Shown: positions 30,226 to 40,047 of the stretch, in pieces
Layout of the letters: each line of letters begins with the position of its first letter
How positions within the stretch are numbered: the first letter of the stretch is position 1
DNA from: Myxococcota bacterium
GTDB taxonomy: Bacteria > Myxococcota_A > UBA9160 > UBA6930
Direction: 5' to 3'
NCBI GenBank assembly: GCA_965223705.1
Contig: OZ245015.1
Coordinates: 3,872,001 to 3,936,000, forward strand
DNA: 64,000 nucleotides
Made by a program: the position numbers and the translations under genes
Notes under the pieces: model-generated
What the model was told of the DNA's origin: nothing
Seen by the model: only the letters and a program-made list of their open reading frames with translations
The model's database searches: none

Positions 30226-31472
30226 GCGTCCTCGTCGTCGCCTTCCTCCTCGCCGTGTTTCAGCTGGAACGTCAAGGCGGCCCGGGCCACTTCCGCGTCA
30301 CCTCGACGTATCGCGCCTTGGCCGAACCGATCAGTCAGCTGATCGAGCGCGCGATTCAAATGGCGATTACGTGTCCGTTCGGGAGCTACGTCAAAGAGCG
30401 TTCCCTGCTCGCGTTCCACCGGAAGGAGATTGGTGACGCCGACACCGATCAGGCGCACCGGTTCGGCGAGAGACGCCCGGCGCAACAACTTCTTCGCTTC
30501 TCGCGCCAAAAGGAGTCCGTCGTCCGTCGCGTCCGAAAGCGATGCCCTCCGTGTGAGCAGCGGATACCCGCGCGGCCCAGCGGCTACCCGCTTTGCGAGC
30601 TTGACCTTCAGCACCGCGGTTCGCGCCACGTACCCGCTGCGCCGAAGCCGGCGCGCGACGGCTTCGGCATGAGACACGATGGTCGCATCGAGGACTTCTA
30701 AGTCAGAGACATCTTCTCTGAATGTATTCTCTTCACTCATCGAAACCGGGTCGCGGTACGCGGTGACTTCGCGCAGATCCTTGCCTTGCGCGAGTTTCGC
30801 GATGGCGAGCCCCCAGTCGCCGAGCGCGCGCCGCAAGCGTCGAGACTCACCGCGCGCAAGATCTCCCACGGTGGCGAAACCCGCGCGTTTGAGACGTGCC
30901 TCCGCCACCGGACCGACGCCCCACAACCGGCCCACGGGCAACGGGTCGAGGAACGCGTGAACTTCGTCTTCTCGGATTTCGAGGAGTCCGTCGGGCTTTG
31001 CCAAGTCGCTGGCGATCTTCGCCACCATCTTGATCGGCGCGATGCCGACCGAGACCGCTAAGCCGGTCTCGGCACGCACCCGCTCCCGCAATCGCTCTCC
31101 GACGCCGCGTGCCGGCCCGTGCAGACGCTCGGTACCCGTGAGATCGAGAAAGGCCTCGTCGAGGGAGATACCCTCGACCGACGGGGAGACCTCGCGAAAC
31201 AGCGCGAAAATCGCTTGGGATTCGCGTTTGTACTTCGCCATATCGCCGCGCAGAAACACGGCGTGGGGACAACGCTTGCGCGCTTCGGCGCCGGGCATCG
31301 CGGAATGGATCCCAAAGCGCCTCGCTTCGTAGCTCGCCGCCGAAACGACGCCGCGCGGGCCGCTCCCGCCGACGATTACAGGCTTGCCGCGCAGCTCCGG
31401 GCGATCGCGTTGTTCGACCGACGCGTAGAAGGCATCCATGTCGGCGTGCAGGATGACGGGCGTGAGAGACAC
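30216..31472 (-). CDS. dinB: DNA polymerase IV
   Basis: LHADMDAFYASVEQRD, ASYEAR, SLDEAFLD, AKIASD..KPDG, QGTLF clamp motif. Confidence 0.95.
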   Translation of the reverse strand: MSLTPVILHADMDAFYASVEQRDRPELRGKPVIVGGSGPRGVVSAASYEARRFGIHSAMPGAEARKRCPHAVFLRGDMAKYKRESQAIFALFREVSPSVEGISLDEAFLDLTGTERLHGPARGVGERLRERVRAETGLAVSVGIAPIKMVAKIASDLAKPDGLLEIREDEVHAFLDPLPVGRLWGVGPVAEARLKRAGFATVGDLARGESRRLRRALGDWGLAIAKLAQGKDLREVTAYRDPVSMSEENTFREDVSDLEVLDATIVSHAEAVARRLRRSGYVARTAVLKVKLAKRVAAGPRGYPLLTRRASLSDATDDGLLLAREAKKLLRRASLAEPVRLIGVGVTNLLPVEREQGTLFDVAPERTRNRHLNRALDQLTDRFGQGAIRRGDAEVARAALTFQLKHGEEEGDDEDAQS

Positions 31473-31500
31473 ATGGAAAGCCTACGGTTATCGTTCGCCG

Positions 31501-33336
31501 ATGGCACAAGAAATCGCGCGCGAAGAAACGGCCGGCCCCGCGGCCGGGGTCGCCTGGGATCTCTCCGATCTCTACACGGCCCCGGATGACCCGACACTCG
31601 AACGAGATCTCGACGACGCGTTCGCCGAAGCAGAAGCGTTGGCGTCGGAGTTACGGGGACGCGTCGGCTCACTCACGGCGTCGGAGCTCGCTTCGGCCCT
31701 CGATCGTCTCGAAGCACTCGAAGAAAAGGTCGGGCGCGCGGGATCCTACGCGGGGCTCCTGTTCGCGGCAGACACCACGCCGCCCGAGCACGGCGCCCTC
31801 TATCAAAAAGTGCAAGAACGGGGCAGTGCGATCCGCAACGAGCTCTTGTTCCTCGAGCTCGAATGGGTCGCTCTCGCGGACGACGTGGTCGACGCACTCC
31901 TCGCCGAACCCGTTCTCGAGAAGCGCCGCCACCACCTTCGGTCGATGCGCCGCTACCGGCCACATCTCCGCAGCGAGGCCGAAGAGAAGATTCTCGAACA
32001 GACGGCCAACACAGGACGGCGAGCGTTTTCGAGGCTCTTCGACGAGGTCATGTCAGCCGCGCGCTTTCGACTGGAGGGACCCGAAGGAGAGCGGGAACTC
32101 AGCGAAGAGGAAGTGCTGTCGCTCCTCTACGACGCCGATCGCGAGACCCGACGCCGCGCGGCGCTGTCCCTGACCGAAGGCCTGCACGAAAACGAGCGCG
32201 TCCTCGCGTTCATCTTCAATACGCTCGTTCAGGACAAAGCGCAAAGCGACCGGTTGCGCGCCTACGCGAATCCCATCGACGATCGGAACTTGGCGAACGA
32301 AATCGAGGGCGAGTCGGTCCGCGCCCTACTCGACGCCTGCGACGATCGCTACGAACTCGTCCACCGCTACTACCGCTTGAAGGCCGAGCTGCTTGGTCTC
32401 TCGCAACTCGAGGACTACGACCGCTACGCGCCGCTCCCGGCGGCGAATCGCGACTTCCGTTTCGACGAAGCGCGCGAGATCGTCATTTCCGCGTATCGCG
32501 CGTTCTCTCCGAACATGGCCGAGATCGCCGACCGCTTCTTCGAATCGAATTGGATCGACGCCGAGCTTCGACCGGGGAAACGCGGCGGCGCGTTCAGCGC
32601 TTCGACGATCCCGAGCGTGCACCCCTACGTGTTGCTCAACTACACGGGCAACATGCGAGACGTCATGACCGTGGCCCACGAACTGGGGCACGGCGTCCAC
32701 CAGTACTTGGCCCGCGAGCAGGGACTCTTCGGTCAGGACACGCCGCTCACCACAGCCGAAACCGCGAGCGTCTTCGGAGAGATGCTCGTGTTTCGCCGCC
32801 TCATGGAACAGGAGGACGATCCCGAGGCCCGACTCGCCCTGCTCTGCGGAAAGCTCGAAGACGCGTTCGCAACGGTGTTTCGGCAAGTCGCCATGACCCG
32901 TTTTGAACAAAGCCTTCATCGCGCTCGACGCGAGGAAGGCGAACTCGCGGTTACGCGGATCAACGAACTCTGGATGGCGGCGAACGAACCGATGTTCGGC
33001 GACTCGGTGCACCTCGGCGAACACTACGCGTGCTGGTGGCTCTACATCCCGCACTTCGTCCACTCGCCGTTCTACTGCTACGCGTACGCCTACGGCGAAC
33101 TCCTCGTCTTGGCGTTGCTGCAGCGCTACGACGCGCTCGGCGACGTCTTCGTGCCGCGTTACCTCGAGCTCTTGCGCGCGGGCGGATCGGACAAACCCGA
33201 GACCCTGTTGTCCCGGGTCGGCCTCGACATTACCGAGCAGTCGTTCTGGCGGGGCGGACTCGATCTCCTCGAGAATCTCCTCGACCAAGCCGAGACGCTC
33301 GCCGCCGAGCTTCGCGGCGCTGGACAGCGCTCGTGA
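31501..33336 (+). CDS. M3-family oligoendopeptidase F
   Basis: WDLSDLY, GKRGGAF, HELGHG.H, AETASVFGE, FY.YAYAYG. Confidence 0.93.
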   Translation: MAQEIAREETAGPAAGVAWDLSDLYTAPDDPTLERDLDDAFAEAEALASELRGRVGSLTASELASALDRLEALEEKVGRAGSYAGLLFAADTTPPEHGALYQKVQERGSAIRNELLFLELEWVALADDVVDALLAEPVLEKRRHHLRSMRRYRPHLRSEAEEKILEQTANTGRRAFSRLFDEVMSAARFRLEGPEGERELSEEEVLSLLYDADRETRRRAALSLTEGLHENERVLAFIFNTLVQDKAQSDRLRAYANPIDDRNLANEIEGESVRALLDACDDRYELVHRYYRLKAELLGLSQLEDYDRYAPLPAANRDFRFDEAREIVISAYRAFSPNMAEIADRFFESNWIDAELRPGKRGGAFSASTIPSVHPYVLLNYTGNMRDVMTVAHELGHGVHQYLAREQGLFGQDTPLTTAETASVFGEMLVFRRLMEQEDDPEARLALLCGKLEDAFATVFRQVAMTRFEQSLHRARREEGELAVTRINELWMAANEPMFGDSVHLGEHYACWWLYIPHFVHSPFYCYAYAYGELLVLALLQRYDALGDVFVPRYLELLRAGGSDKPETLLSRVGLDITEQSFWRGGLDLLENLLDQAETLAAELRGAGQRS

Positions 33337-33782
33337 CGTCACTCTGGCTGTGGATCTCGCTGGCGGTGCTCGCGGGCCTCCTCGGAAGTGTCCACGTCCC
33401 GCTGAACGGCGCACTCGGCGTCCGCGTCCAGTCCGCCCTCGTCGCGACGTTCTCCTTCTACGGTTTCGCGTTCCTGGCGATCTCGGCGGTTCTCTTTCTG
33501 TCGGGTCAGCGAGGCGGGATCGCCTCGCTTCGCGACGTGCCCCCGGCGTACGTGATCCTGCCGGGCTTGATCAGCGCCGTGGTCGTCGGAACGAATACGT
33601 ATCTGATCCCGAGACTCGGCGCGGTCAACCTCGTCGTGGTCACCGTTGCGGCGCAGTTGGTGGGCCGCGCCGTAATCTCCCACTTCGGGTGGCTCGCTTC
33701 GCCCGTCGACCCCATCACCTGGTCGAAAGCGGTGGGCGCCCTCCTCGTCGCCGGCGGCGCTTTCCTCGTCGTTCGTCACTAG
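33333..33782 (+). CDS. DMT/YdcZ-family small transporter
   Basis: GTG overlaps the peptidase stop; about 5 TM, N..L, IPRLG, Q...ISHFGW. Confidence 0.75.
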   Translation: MTSLWLWISLAVLAGLLGSVHVPLNGALGVRVQSALVATFSFYGFAFLAISAVLFLSGQRGGIASLRDVPPAYVILPGLISAVVVGTNTYLIPRLGAVNLVVVTVAAQLVGRAVISHFGWLASPVDPITWSKAVGALLVAGGAFLVVRH

Positions 33783-34450
33783 AGAGAGGCAGACTCGTCT
33801 CGAGGGGCTTCGCAGCTCGCCCCGTGTCCTGCGAGCTGACGACGCGCGTTTCTCAAGATGATCCAGTGGGTGATGACCAGGAACGGCACGACGAAGCCCG
33901 GGATCAAGGCCAGGGGCAACTCGCCCATGGGCGCGGTAGTAGCGGGACCGGGCAACACGCCCACTCCCGGCCGCGCGAGCACGCCGAGTGCGATCGCCAG
34001 GGTGAAGTCGAGCAGACCGAGAGCGCTCCATGCGTAAATCGCGCGCAGCGTCGCGCGGCCCCGGTAGAGAGCCACGCCGAGCCAGAACGCTCCGATGGCC
34101 GCCGCGGCGTCGCCGAGGCCAGCGGGAAGCGCGAAGGTTGGCGATAGCACGCCATAGGCCGCGAGAAACACGAAGCCGAGACCCAGCATGCGCCACGTGT
34201 GAAGAAGCACGAGCGGGCGGATATCAATCCGTTCTACCCAGGCGCGAAAGCCCGAGTGGACCCCCAACGCCGCGGCGAACCCGGCGATGGGAAGTGTGAT
34301 CCCGAGCAGAAGGGTCAGGGGCACGCCGAGCGCGTCCTGTTGGAACACGCCGCGAAAGCCTAGGAAGAGCGCCCCGAGAAACCACACGCAGAGGCCGGTC
34401 GCCAGGACGGCCCCTCCCACGACCTCTCGTTGCCGGACAACGGCTGTCAT
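33779..34450 (-). CDS. hypothetical membrane protein co-transcribed with MarR
   Basis: Multi-TM, FALPAG.GD, P.ALIP.F.VP...H; 4-nt overlap with the MarR stop. Confidence 0.65.
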   Translation of the reverse strand: MTAVVRQREVVGGAVLATGLCVWFLGALFLGFRGVFQQDALGVPLTLLLGITLPIAGFAAALGVHSGFRAWVERIDIRPLVLLHTWRMLGLGFVFLAAYGVLSPTFALPAGLGDAAAAIGAFWLGVALYRGRATLRAIYAWSALGLLDFTLAIALGVLARPGVGVLPGPATTAPMGELPLALIPGFVVPFLVITHWIILRNARRQLAGHGASCEAPRDESASL

Positions 34451-34872
34451 TCGAACCTCCCGATTTCATCGAGCGCGCCCTGCAGCGCACTCCACTGGCG
34501 CGCGCCGAGTGCATCGACAAAGGCGGCCTGAGCCTCGGCCCACCGGGGTGCGGCGCGCTTCAGTTGTGCGCGACCCCGAGACGAGAGCGAGACCAGGCGG
34601 GTCCGGCCCCGGCCGGCGCTGGTATGCAGCAGACCATCCCGTTCCATCGGACGCAGATTGCGCGTGAGGGTCGTCCGCTCGGTGGCCAGCGCCGCCGCGA
34701 GCGCAGAGATCGAAATCGGCCCCGCTTCGGAGACCGCCACCAACAGGGTGAACTGCGTCGAGGTCAGGCCGCACGGTTGGAGCGCCTTGTCGTAGCGGCG
34801 GGTGACGACACGGGCCGCCGAGCGAAGCTTGCGACAGGCGCAGTGGGCAGCGATCTCCGCAGGGTCCGACAT
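34447..34872 (-). CDS. MarR-family transcriptional regulator
   Basis: C.C.KLR..AR..TR.YD..L, QFTLL, ERTTLTRNL wHTH. Confidence 0.9.
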   Translation of the reverse strand: MSDPAEIAAHCACRKLRSAARVVTRRYDKALQPCGLTSTQFTLLVAVSEAGPISISALAAALATERTTLTRNLRPMERDGLLHTSAGRGRTRLVSLSSRGRAQLKRAAPRWAEAQAAFVDALGARQWSALQGALDEIGRFE

Positions 34873-34890
34873 ATAGTGTATATACACTAT
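34873..34890. promoter_or_regulatory. perfect 18-bp palindrome, probable MarR operator
   Basis: ATAGTGTATATACACTAT directly abuts the MarR ATG. Confidence 0.7.
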
Positions 34891-34970
34891 CCGTCGGCGC
34901 ACCGCCCGTCCGATGGAGCGGGCGCCGCTCGCAACTAGTCCCTTTGCCCGCGATGCGCGACGCTTAGGGA

Positions 34971-36110
34971 ATGGAACCCGCCACCGTCTTGGAACGTGTC
35001 GACGCCATCGTGCCGAAGCTCGCCGATCTGGCCGAACGCTGTGACGAAGCGCGTCGACTCGCCCCCGAAAGCATGCAGATCCTGTTGAATTCCGGGGTCT
35101 TCCGAATTCCGCAGCCCGCGCGCACCGGCGGCTATGAACTCGACCTGCGCACCTTGGGCGCGGCCGTCACGAAGCTGTCTCGCGGCTGCGCGGCAAGCGG
35201 CTGGGTGCTCATGGTGATGGGCGCGCACCACTTCTGCATGGGGACGTTCTCCGAAGACGCCCAGGACGAAGTGTTCGGCGACGGTCGCGACGGACTCGTC
35301 GCCGGGACGCTCTCGTGGCAGGGAAACGCGGTCGCGTGCGACGGCGGCTACCGCGTCAACGGCCGGTGGCAGTTCTGCTCCGGGGTCGATCACTCGGAGT
35401 GGGTGATGCTCGGGTGCGCCGATCCCGACAGCCACGCCCCTCGCGTCCACGTGGTCGTCCGACCCGAGGAAATCGAGATCGACGACACGTGGCACGTGAT
35501 GGGACTCCAGGGGACGGGCAGCCAAGACGTCGTCGCACACGACGTCTTCGTGCCGGAACACCGGGCGATCGACACGCGCCTGATGTTCGGCGGGCGCAGT
35601 CCGTTTATCGAAGGGCACGCGACGAACCTGTATCGCTTGTCGCCCGAAGCGATGCTGTCGATGTCGGTTTCGACCGCCGTGTTGGGCAGCGCCCAATACG
35701 CCCACGACGCCTTCATCGAGCGGACGAAGGATCGCCGGGTCATTCTGACCGGCGCGAGAAAAGCGGAACATGCCCCGACGCAGATCCGCGCCGCAGAGGC
35801 GGAAGGCGAGCTCCGAGCTGCTCACCTTCTGCAACAAGACGTGTACGACGCGTTCGATCGCCTCCTCGAGAGCGGGGAGCGCTTTGACCGCGCACACACG
35901 ACCTGGGCGCGCTGGCGTGTCTCGCACGCCGCGGCCCTGTGTCGACGCGCCGTCGAACGGTTGTGGAGCGGGTCTGGAGCGCATGGGGTGTACCGAGGTA
36001 GCGCCCTCCAGCGCGCGTTCCGGAACGTGCAAGTCGGCGCTCAGCACGCGAGCCTCGATTTCGACACCGGCGCCGAAGCCTATGGACGCGGGTTGCTGCA
36101 GCCGCGGTAG
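34971..36110 (+). CDS. flavin-dependent monooxygenase of acyl-CoA dehydrogenase fold (HsaA-like)
   Basis: W.FCSGVDHSEW, DTWHVMGLQGTGS, LQRAFR. Confidence 0.85.
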   Translation: MEPATVLERVDAIVPKLADLAERCDEARRLAPESMQILLNSGVFRIPQPARTGGYELDLRTLGAAVTKLSRGCAASGWVLMVMGAHHFCMGTFSEDAQDEVFGDGRDGLVAGTLSWQGNAVACDGGYRVNGRWQFCSGVDHSEWVMLGCADPDSHAPRVHVVVRPEEIEIDDTWHVMGLQGTGSQDVVAHDVFVPEHRAIDTRLMFGGRSPFIEGHATNLYRLSPEAMLSMSVSTAVLGSAQYAHDAFIERTKDRRVILTGARKAEHAPTQIRAAEAEGELRAAHLLQQDVYDAFDRLLESGERFDRAHTTWARWRVSHAAALCRRAVERLWSGSGAHGVYRGSALQRAFRNVQVGAQHASLDFDTGAEAYGRGLLQPR

Positions 36111-36898
36111 CCGGGAAACTCGTAGTCCGAAAAGCGCGCGATCTCTTCGCGCAGGTCCTCCGTGATCACCGGACCGAAGGACCAAGGGGGCTTCCCGGCG
36201 AGCTCGAGGGACAGGACGCCGACGGCTACGGGCTCTCCGTCGCGATCCTCGACAATCGGACTGCCGGACATTCCGTTGGCGGCGTCGCAGCTCGTCCAGA
36301 TCGCGATCTTCTTGTTGTACGGATACGCCGCGAGTTCGACGGTTTTGCAGACGGCCTCGAGGGGCTCGCCCCGAACGGTGTAGCTCGGCAAGTGGAGGGT
36401 TCCGTCGCACGGCGCGCCCAACGAGAGACGCGCGGTAAAGCGCTCGGGCGGATCGATCTTGAGAAGGGCCCAATCGCCGCGCGAGCGATAGATACGGGGA
36501 TCAAAGGGACCGACCGAGACGTCGCGGACGGTGAACCGGTGGGGCGTTCCGTCGTCGGCGAAGAAGGTCACGTCGAGGGGGCGTCCGTCCTGCGCCGTCG
36601 CCTCGGGGTGCCGGATCGTGTGCGCGGCTGTGAGGATCAGATCTTCGGCGACGCGAAAACCCGAGGCCTTTCGGATCCTTTCCGGATGCTGGATCCGAAT
36701 CCGCACGATGGCGTCGCGGACCCGGGACACGGTCGGCGAGAACCCGCAGCGAAGGCTCCCGCCCCACGGCGCGTGCTCCCCCCAGGGCGTGCAGTCGGCG
36801 GGGCGGGGAGACGGCGCCGCCCACAGCGCAACGCCCAGCAGAAGCCAAAGCGCGCCGATTCCGGCTCGATAAGGCCGCTTGTCGATAGGCGAAAACAA
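36080..36898 (-). CDS. trypsin-like serine protease
   Basis: Catalytic triad motifs LTAAH, DWALL, GMSGSP; hydrophobic N-terminus; start uncertain. Confidence 0.7.
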   Translation of the reverse strand: MFSPIDKRPYRAGIGALWLLLGVALWAAPSPRPADCTPWGEHAPWGGSLRCGFSPTVSRVRDAIVRIRIQHPERIRKASGFRVAEDLILTAAHTIRHPEATAQDGRPLDVTFFADDGTPHRFTVRDVSVGPFDPRIYRSRGDWALLKIDPPERFTARLSLGAPCDGTLHLPSYTVRGEPLEAVCKTVELAAYPYNKKIAIWTSCDAANGMSGSPIVEDRDGEPVAVGVLSLELAGKPPWSFGPVITEDLREEIARFSDYEFPGYRGCSNPRP

Positions 36899-36907
36899 GG
36901 CGAAAAT
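36879..36907 (+). promoter_or_regulatory. dnaE2 promoter with candidate SOS operator (36889-36905)
   Basis: TTGTCG-17 bp-GAAAAT; contains GCGAAAACAAGGCGAAA in the same register as at imuA. Confidence 0.65.
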
Positions 36908-36915
36908 GACTCCTT

Positions 36916-39900
36916 ATGTCTGTCGCCGAACTCGCCCGAGATTATGTGGAGCTATCCGCGCGAAGCTCGTTTTCTTTTCTCGAAGGCGTCTCGAATCCCG
37001 AAGATTTAGTCGACCGGGCGGCGGCGTTGGGGCACGGAAACCTCGCTCTGGCGGATCGCGACGGGCTCTATGCCGCGCCGCGTTTCTTTCGCGCGGCGCG
37101 GCAGGCCGGCATCCGCCCGCTGGTCGGCGCCTCCCTCGAAATCGGCGACCGCCGTGCGGAAGCCCCCGGCTCCATCCGCTTGCGCCTCTTGGCAGAATCT
37201 CGCCGCGGCTACCGAAGCCTCTCGCGCCTGCTGACGCGAGCGCAGCACAACGCGCCCAAAGGGGACGCTTTCGCCACCTGGGAAAACCTCGAAGAACACG
37301 CCGACGGCCTGGTCGCGCTCGCGCCGGGCAACGGGACGCTCCATCGCGCGTTTCTCGACCGGGCGCGAAGTCTTTTTCCCGAGCGGCTGTGGATCGAAAT
37401 TTCGCGCACGCGGGACCGATCCGCGTTTGGCGAAGGTCTTTTCGCCACCGCACTCGCCGAATCCCTCGGGCTTCCCATCGTGGCGACCGGAAACGTGCGC
37501 TGCGCGTATCCCGAAGGCCGACGCCTGCTCGACGCGTTCACCTGCCTGCGCGAGAAGACGTCCCTCGACCGCGCCGGACGCCTGCTCGCGCGCAACGGGG
37601 AATGCGCGCTGTTGCCGGCGCGCGACATGGCGGGACGCTTTGCCGATCGCCCCGAGTGGATTCGCGCGAGCAGAGAAATTTCCGAGCGGTGCGCGTACAC
37701 CATGGCGGATCTCGGCTACCGCTTCCCCGACTTCCCGTGTCCCTCCGGCGAAGATCCCGCTTCCTGGCTCTACAAACTCACGTTTGCGGGGGCGCACGAC
37801 CGCTACGGATCCGCACTCTCACCTCGCGTTCGCGCTCAGCTCGAGCGCGAGCTCGCGCTGATCGCGAAGCTCGATCTCGCCGGCTACTTCCTCATCGTCT
37901 ACGACATCGCGCGTTTCGCGAAAGAGCAGAAGATCCTGTGTCAAGGGCGCGGGTCCGCCGCGAACAGCGCCGTCTGCTACGCGCTCGGCATTACCGCCGT
38001 CGATCCCGTCGCCATGGAGCTCTTGTTTGAGCGCTTTCTCTCCGAGGAGCGCGGCGAGTGGCCCGACATCGATCTCGACCTTCCATCGGGCGATCAACGC
38101 GAGCGCGTCATTCAGTACGTCTTCGAGAAATACGGAGAGCGCGGCGCCGCGATGACCGCGACCGTCATCAGCTACAAGACCCGATCCGCCGTCCGCGAGA
38201 TGGGCAAGGTCTTGGGCATGGAACCCGATGCCGTCGATCGGCTCGCGAAAGTGCTCTCGAGTTTTTCCTACCGCGAAGATCTCGATGAGCTCCGAGCGGT
38301 GTTGCGCCAGGCCGGGGTCGATCCCGATGCTCCGCGCATCCGCCTGCTACTCGACCTGGTCGATCAGGTCCGCGGTCTTCCGCGCCACTTGGGCCAACAC
38401 ACCGGCGGCATCGTCATTTCAGCGGGTCGGCTCGATGACGTGGTGCCGATCGAGCCCGCCGCCATGGAGAACCGCGCGGTCATCCAATGGGACAAAGACG
38501 ATTGTGCGGACCTGGGACTGATCAAGATCGATCTGTTGGGCCTCGGCATGCTCGACGCTTTGGAGCGGACCTTGCCCATGGTTCGTGAGCACTACGGGGA
38601 AGAAGTCGACCTCGCTCACTTGCCGCAGAACGACGCCAAGACGTACGCCATGATCCAACGCGCCGACACCATCGGGGTCTTCCAGATCGAAAGCCGCGCA
38701 CAAATGGCGACGCTTCCGCGCATGAAGCCCGCATGCTTTTACGATCTCGTCGTCGAGATCGCCATCATTCGCCCCGGTCCCATCGTCGGCCAGATGGTCC
38801 ACCCTTACTTGAACCGCCGCGCCGGACGAGAAGCCGTGCGCTACCCCCACCCGAGCGTCGAGCCGATCTTGAAGCGCACCCTCGGCGTCCCGATTTTTCA
38901 AGAGCAGCTGCTCCGCGTCGCGATGGTCGCCGCCGGCTTGAGCGGAGGCGAGGCCGAAGAGCTCCGGCGGGCGATGGGCTTCAAGCGTTCCGCCGAGCGA
39001 ATGAAACGCATCGAAGCTTCGCTTCGTGCGGGCATGAACGAGCGCGGCATCGTCGGGGAAGCTCAGGAAGAGATTGTTCGCGGTATCAGCTCCTTCGCGT
39101 TGTACGGGTTCCCCGAATCTCATTCCGCATCGTTTGCGCTCATCGCTTACGCCTCAGCGTACCTACGCGCCCACTACCCGGCCGCGTTTCTAGCCGGCAT
39201 GCTCAACGCGTATCCCTTGGGGTTCTACAACCCGGCGACGTTGGTCAAAGATGGGCAACTCCACGGCGTCGAAGTGCGCGCGATCGATGCGGCGCACTCC
39301 GACTGGGCGTGCACGCTCGAGCCGGGTCGCGAATCTCCCGCCTTACGGCTCGGCCTGCGCTACGTCCACGGCCTGCGCCGAGAAGTCAGCGAACGACTCG
39401 TGCGCGAGCGCCGACGACGGGCTTTTCGCGACTGCGCGGATCTCCTTCGCCGCGTTCCGATGCAGCGCGCCGAACTCGACACGTTGGCCGAGCTCGGCGC
39501 CTTGGCCGGCATCGAGCCCGAACTTCGCGCGCGCCGCGAAGCGCTCTGGCAGGTCTCCGTTCTCGAACGCGACCCCGATTCTCTCTTTGCCGGCCGTCGC
39601 CCCAAGTCGACCACTTCGCCGCTCGAAGAAATGAATCCGCTCGATGAAACCCTCGCCGACTACCGGACCAGCGGTATCACCGTCGGCCCCCATGTCATGC
39701 AACACTTTCGAACGTCGCTTCGCGCTCGCGGGGTTCTCGCCGCCCGCGAGCTTCGCGCCGCGCCGAACGGCCGTTGGGTCACCACTGCGGGTCACGTCAT
39801 CGTGCGCCAGCGCCCGGGCTCGGCGAAGGGCTTCTGTTTTCTCACGCTGGAAGACGAGACGGGAACAGCGAATGCCGTGCTGACACCCGATCAGTTTCAG

Positions 39901-40047
39901 CGCTTCCGAACGCCGCTCCATACCGCGAAATTGATCGAGATCGAAGGCCCCGTTCAAAACGTCGAAGGGGTCATCCACGTTCGCATCCGCAAGCTCCGGC
40001 CCCTGAGTACCGAGCGCAAGCTCCCCGATTCCCACGACTACCGCTAG
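36916..40047 (+). CDS. dnaE2: error-prone DNA polymerase DnaE2 (ImuC)
   Basis: FSFLEG, GRGSAANS.VCY, PDIDLD, YGFPESH, VRQRPG.AKG, C-terminal SHDYR. Confidence 0.95.
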   Translation: MSVAELARDYVELSARSSFSFLEGVSNPEDLVDRAAALGHGNLALADRDGLYAAPRFFRAARQAGIRPLVGASLEIGDRRAEAPGSIRLRLLAESRRGYRSLSRLLTRAQHNAPKGDAFATWENLEEHADGLVALAPGNGTLHRAFLDRARSLFPERLWIEISRTRDRSAFGEGLFATALAESLGLPIVATGNVRCAYPEGRRLLDAFTCLREKTSLDRAGRLLARNGECALLPARDMAGRFADRPEWIRASREISERCAYTMADLGYRFPDFPCPSGEDPASWLYKLTFAGAHDRYGSALSPRVRAQLERELALIAKLDLAGYFLIVYDIARFAKEQKILCQGRGSAANSAVCYALGITAVDPVAMELLFERFLSEERGEWPDIDLDLPSGDQRERVIQYVFEKYGERGAAMTATVISYKTRSAVREMGKVLGMEPDAVDRLAKVLSSFSYREDLDELRAVLRQAGVDPDAPRIRLLLDLVDQVRGLPRHLGQHTGGIVISAGRLDDVVPIEPAAMENRAVIQWDKDDCADLGLIKIDLLGLGMLDALERTLPMVREHYGEEVDLAHLPQNDAKTYAMIQRADTIGVFQIESRAQMATLPRMKPACFYDLVVEIAIIRPGPIVGQMVHPYLNRRAGREAVRYPHPSVEPILKRTLGVPIFQEQLLRVAMVAAGLSGGEAEELRRAMGFKRSAERMKRIEASLRAGMNERGIVGEAQEEIVRGISSFALYGFPESHSASFALIAYASAYLRAHYPAAFLAGMLNAYPLGFYNPATLVKDGQLHGVEVRAIDAAHSDWACTLEPGRESPALRLGLRYVHGLRREVSERLVRERRRRAFRDCADLLRRVPMQRAELDTLAELGALAGIEPELRARREALWQVSVLERDPDSLFAGRRPKSTTSPLEEMNPLDETLADYRTSGITVGPHVMQHFRTSLRARGVLAARELRAAPNGRWVTTAGHVIVRQRPGSAKGFCFLTLEDETGTANAVLTPDQFQRFRTPLHTAKLIEIEGPVQNVEGVIHVRIRKLRPLSTERKLPDSHDYR

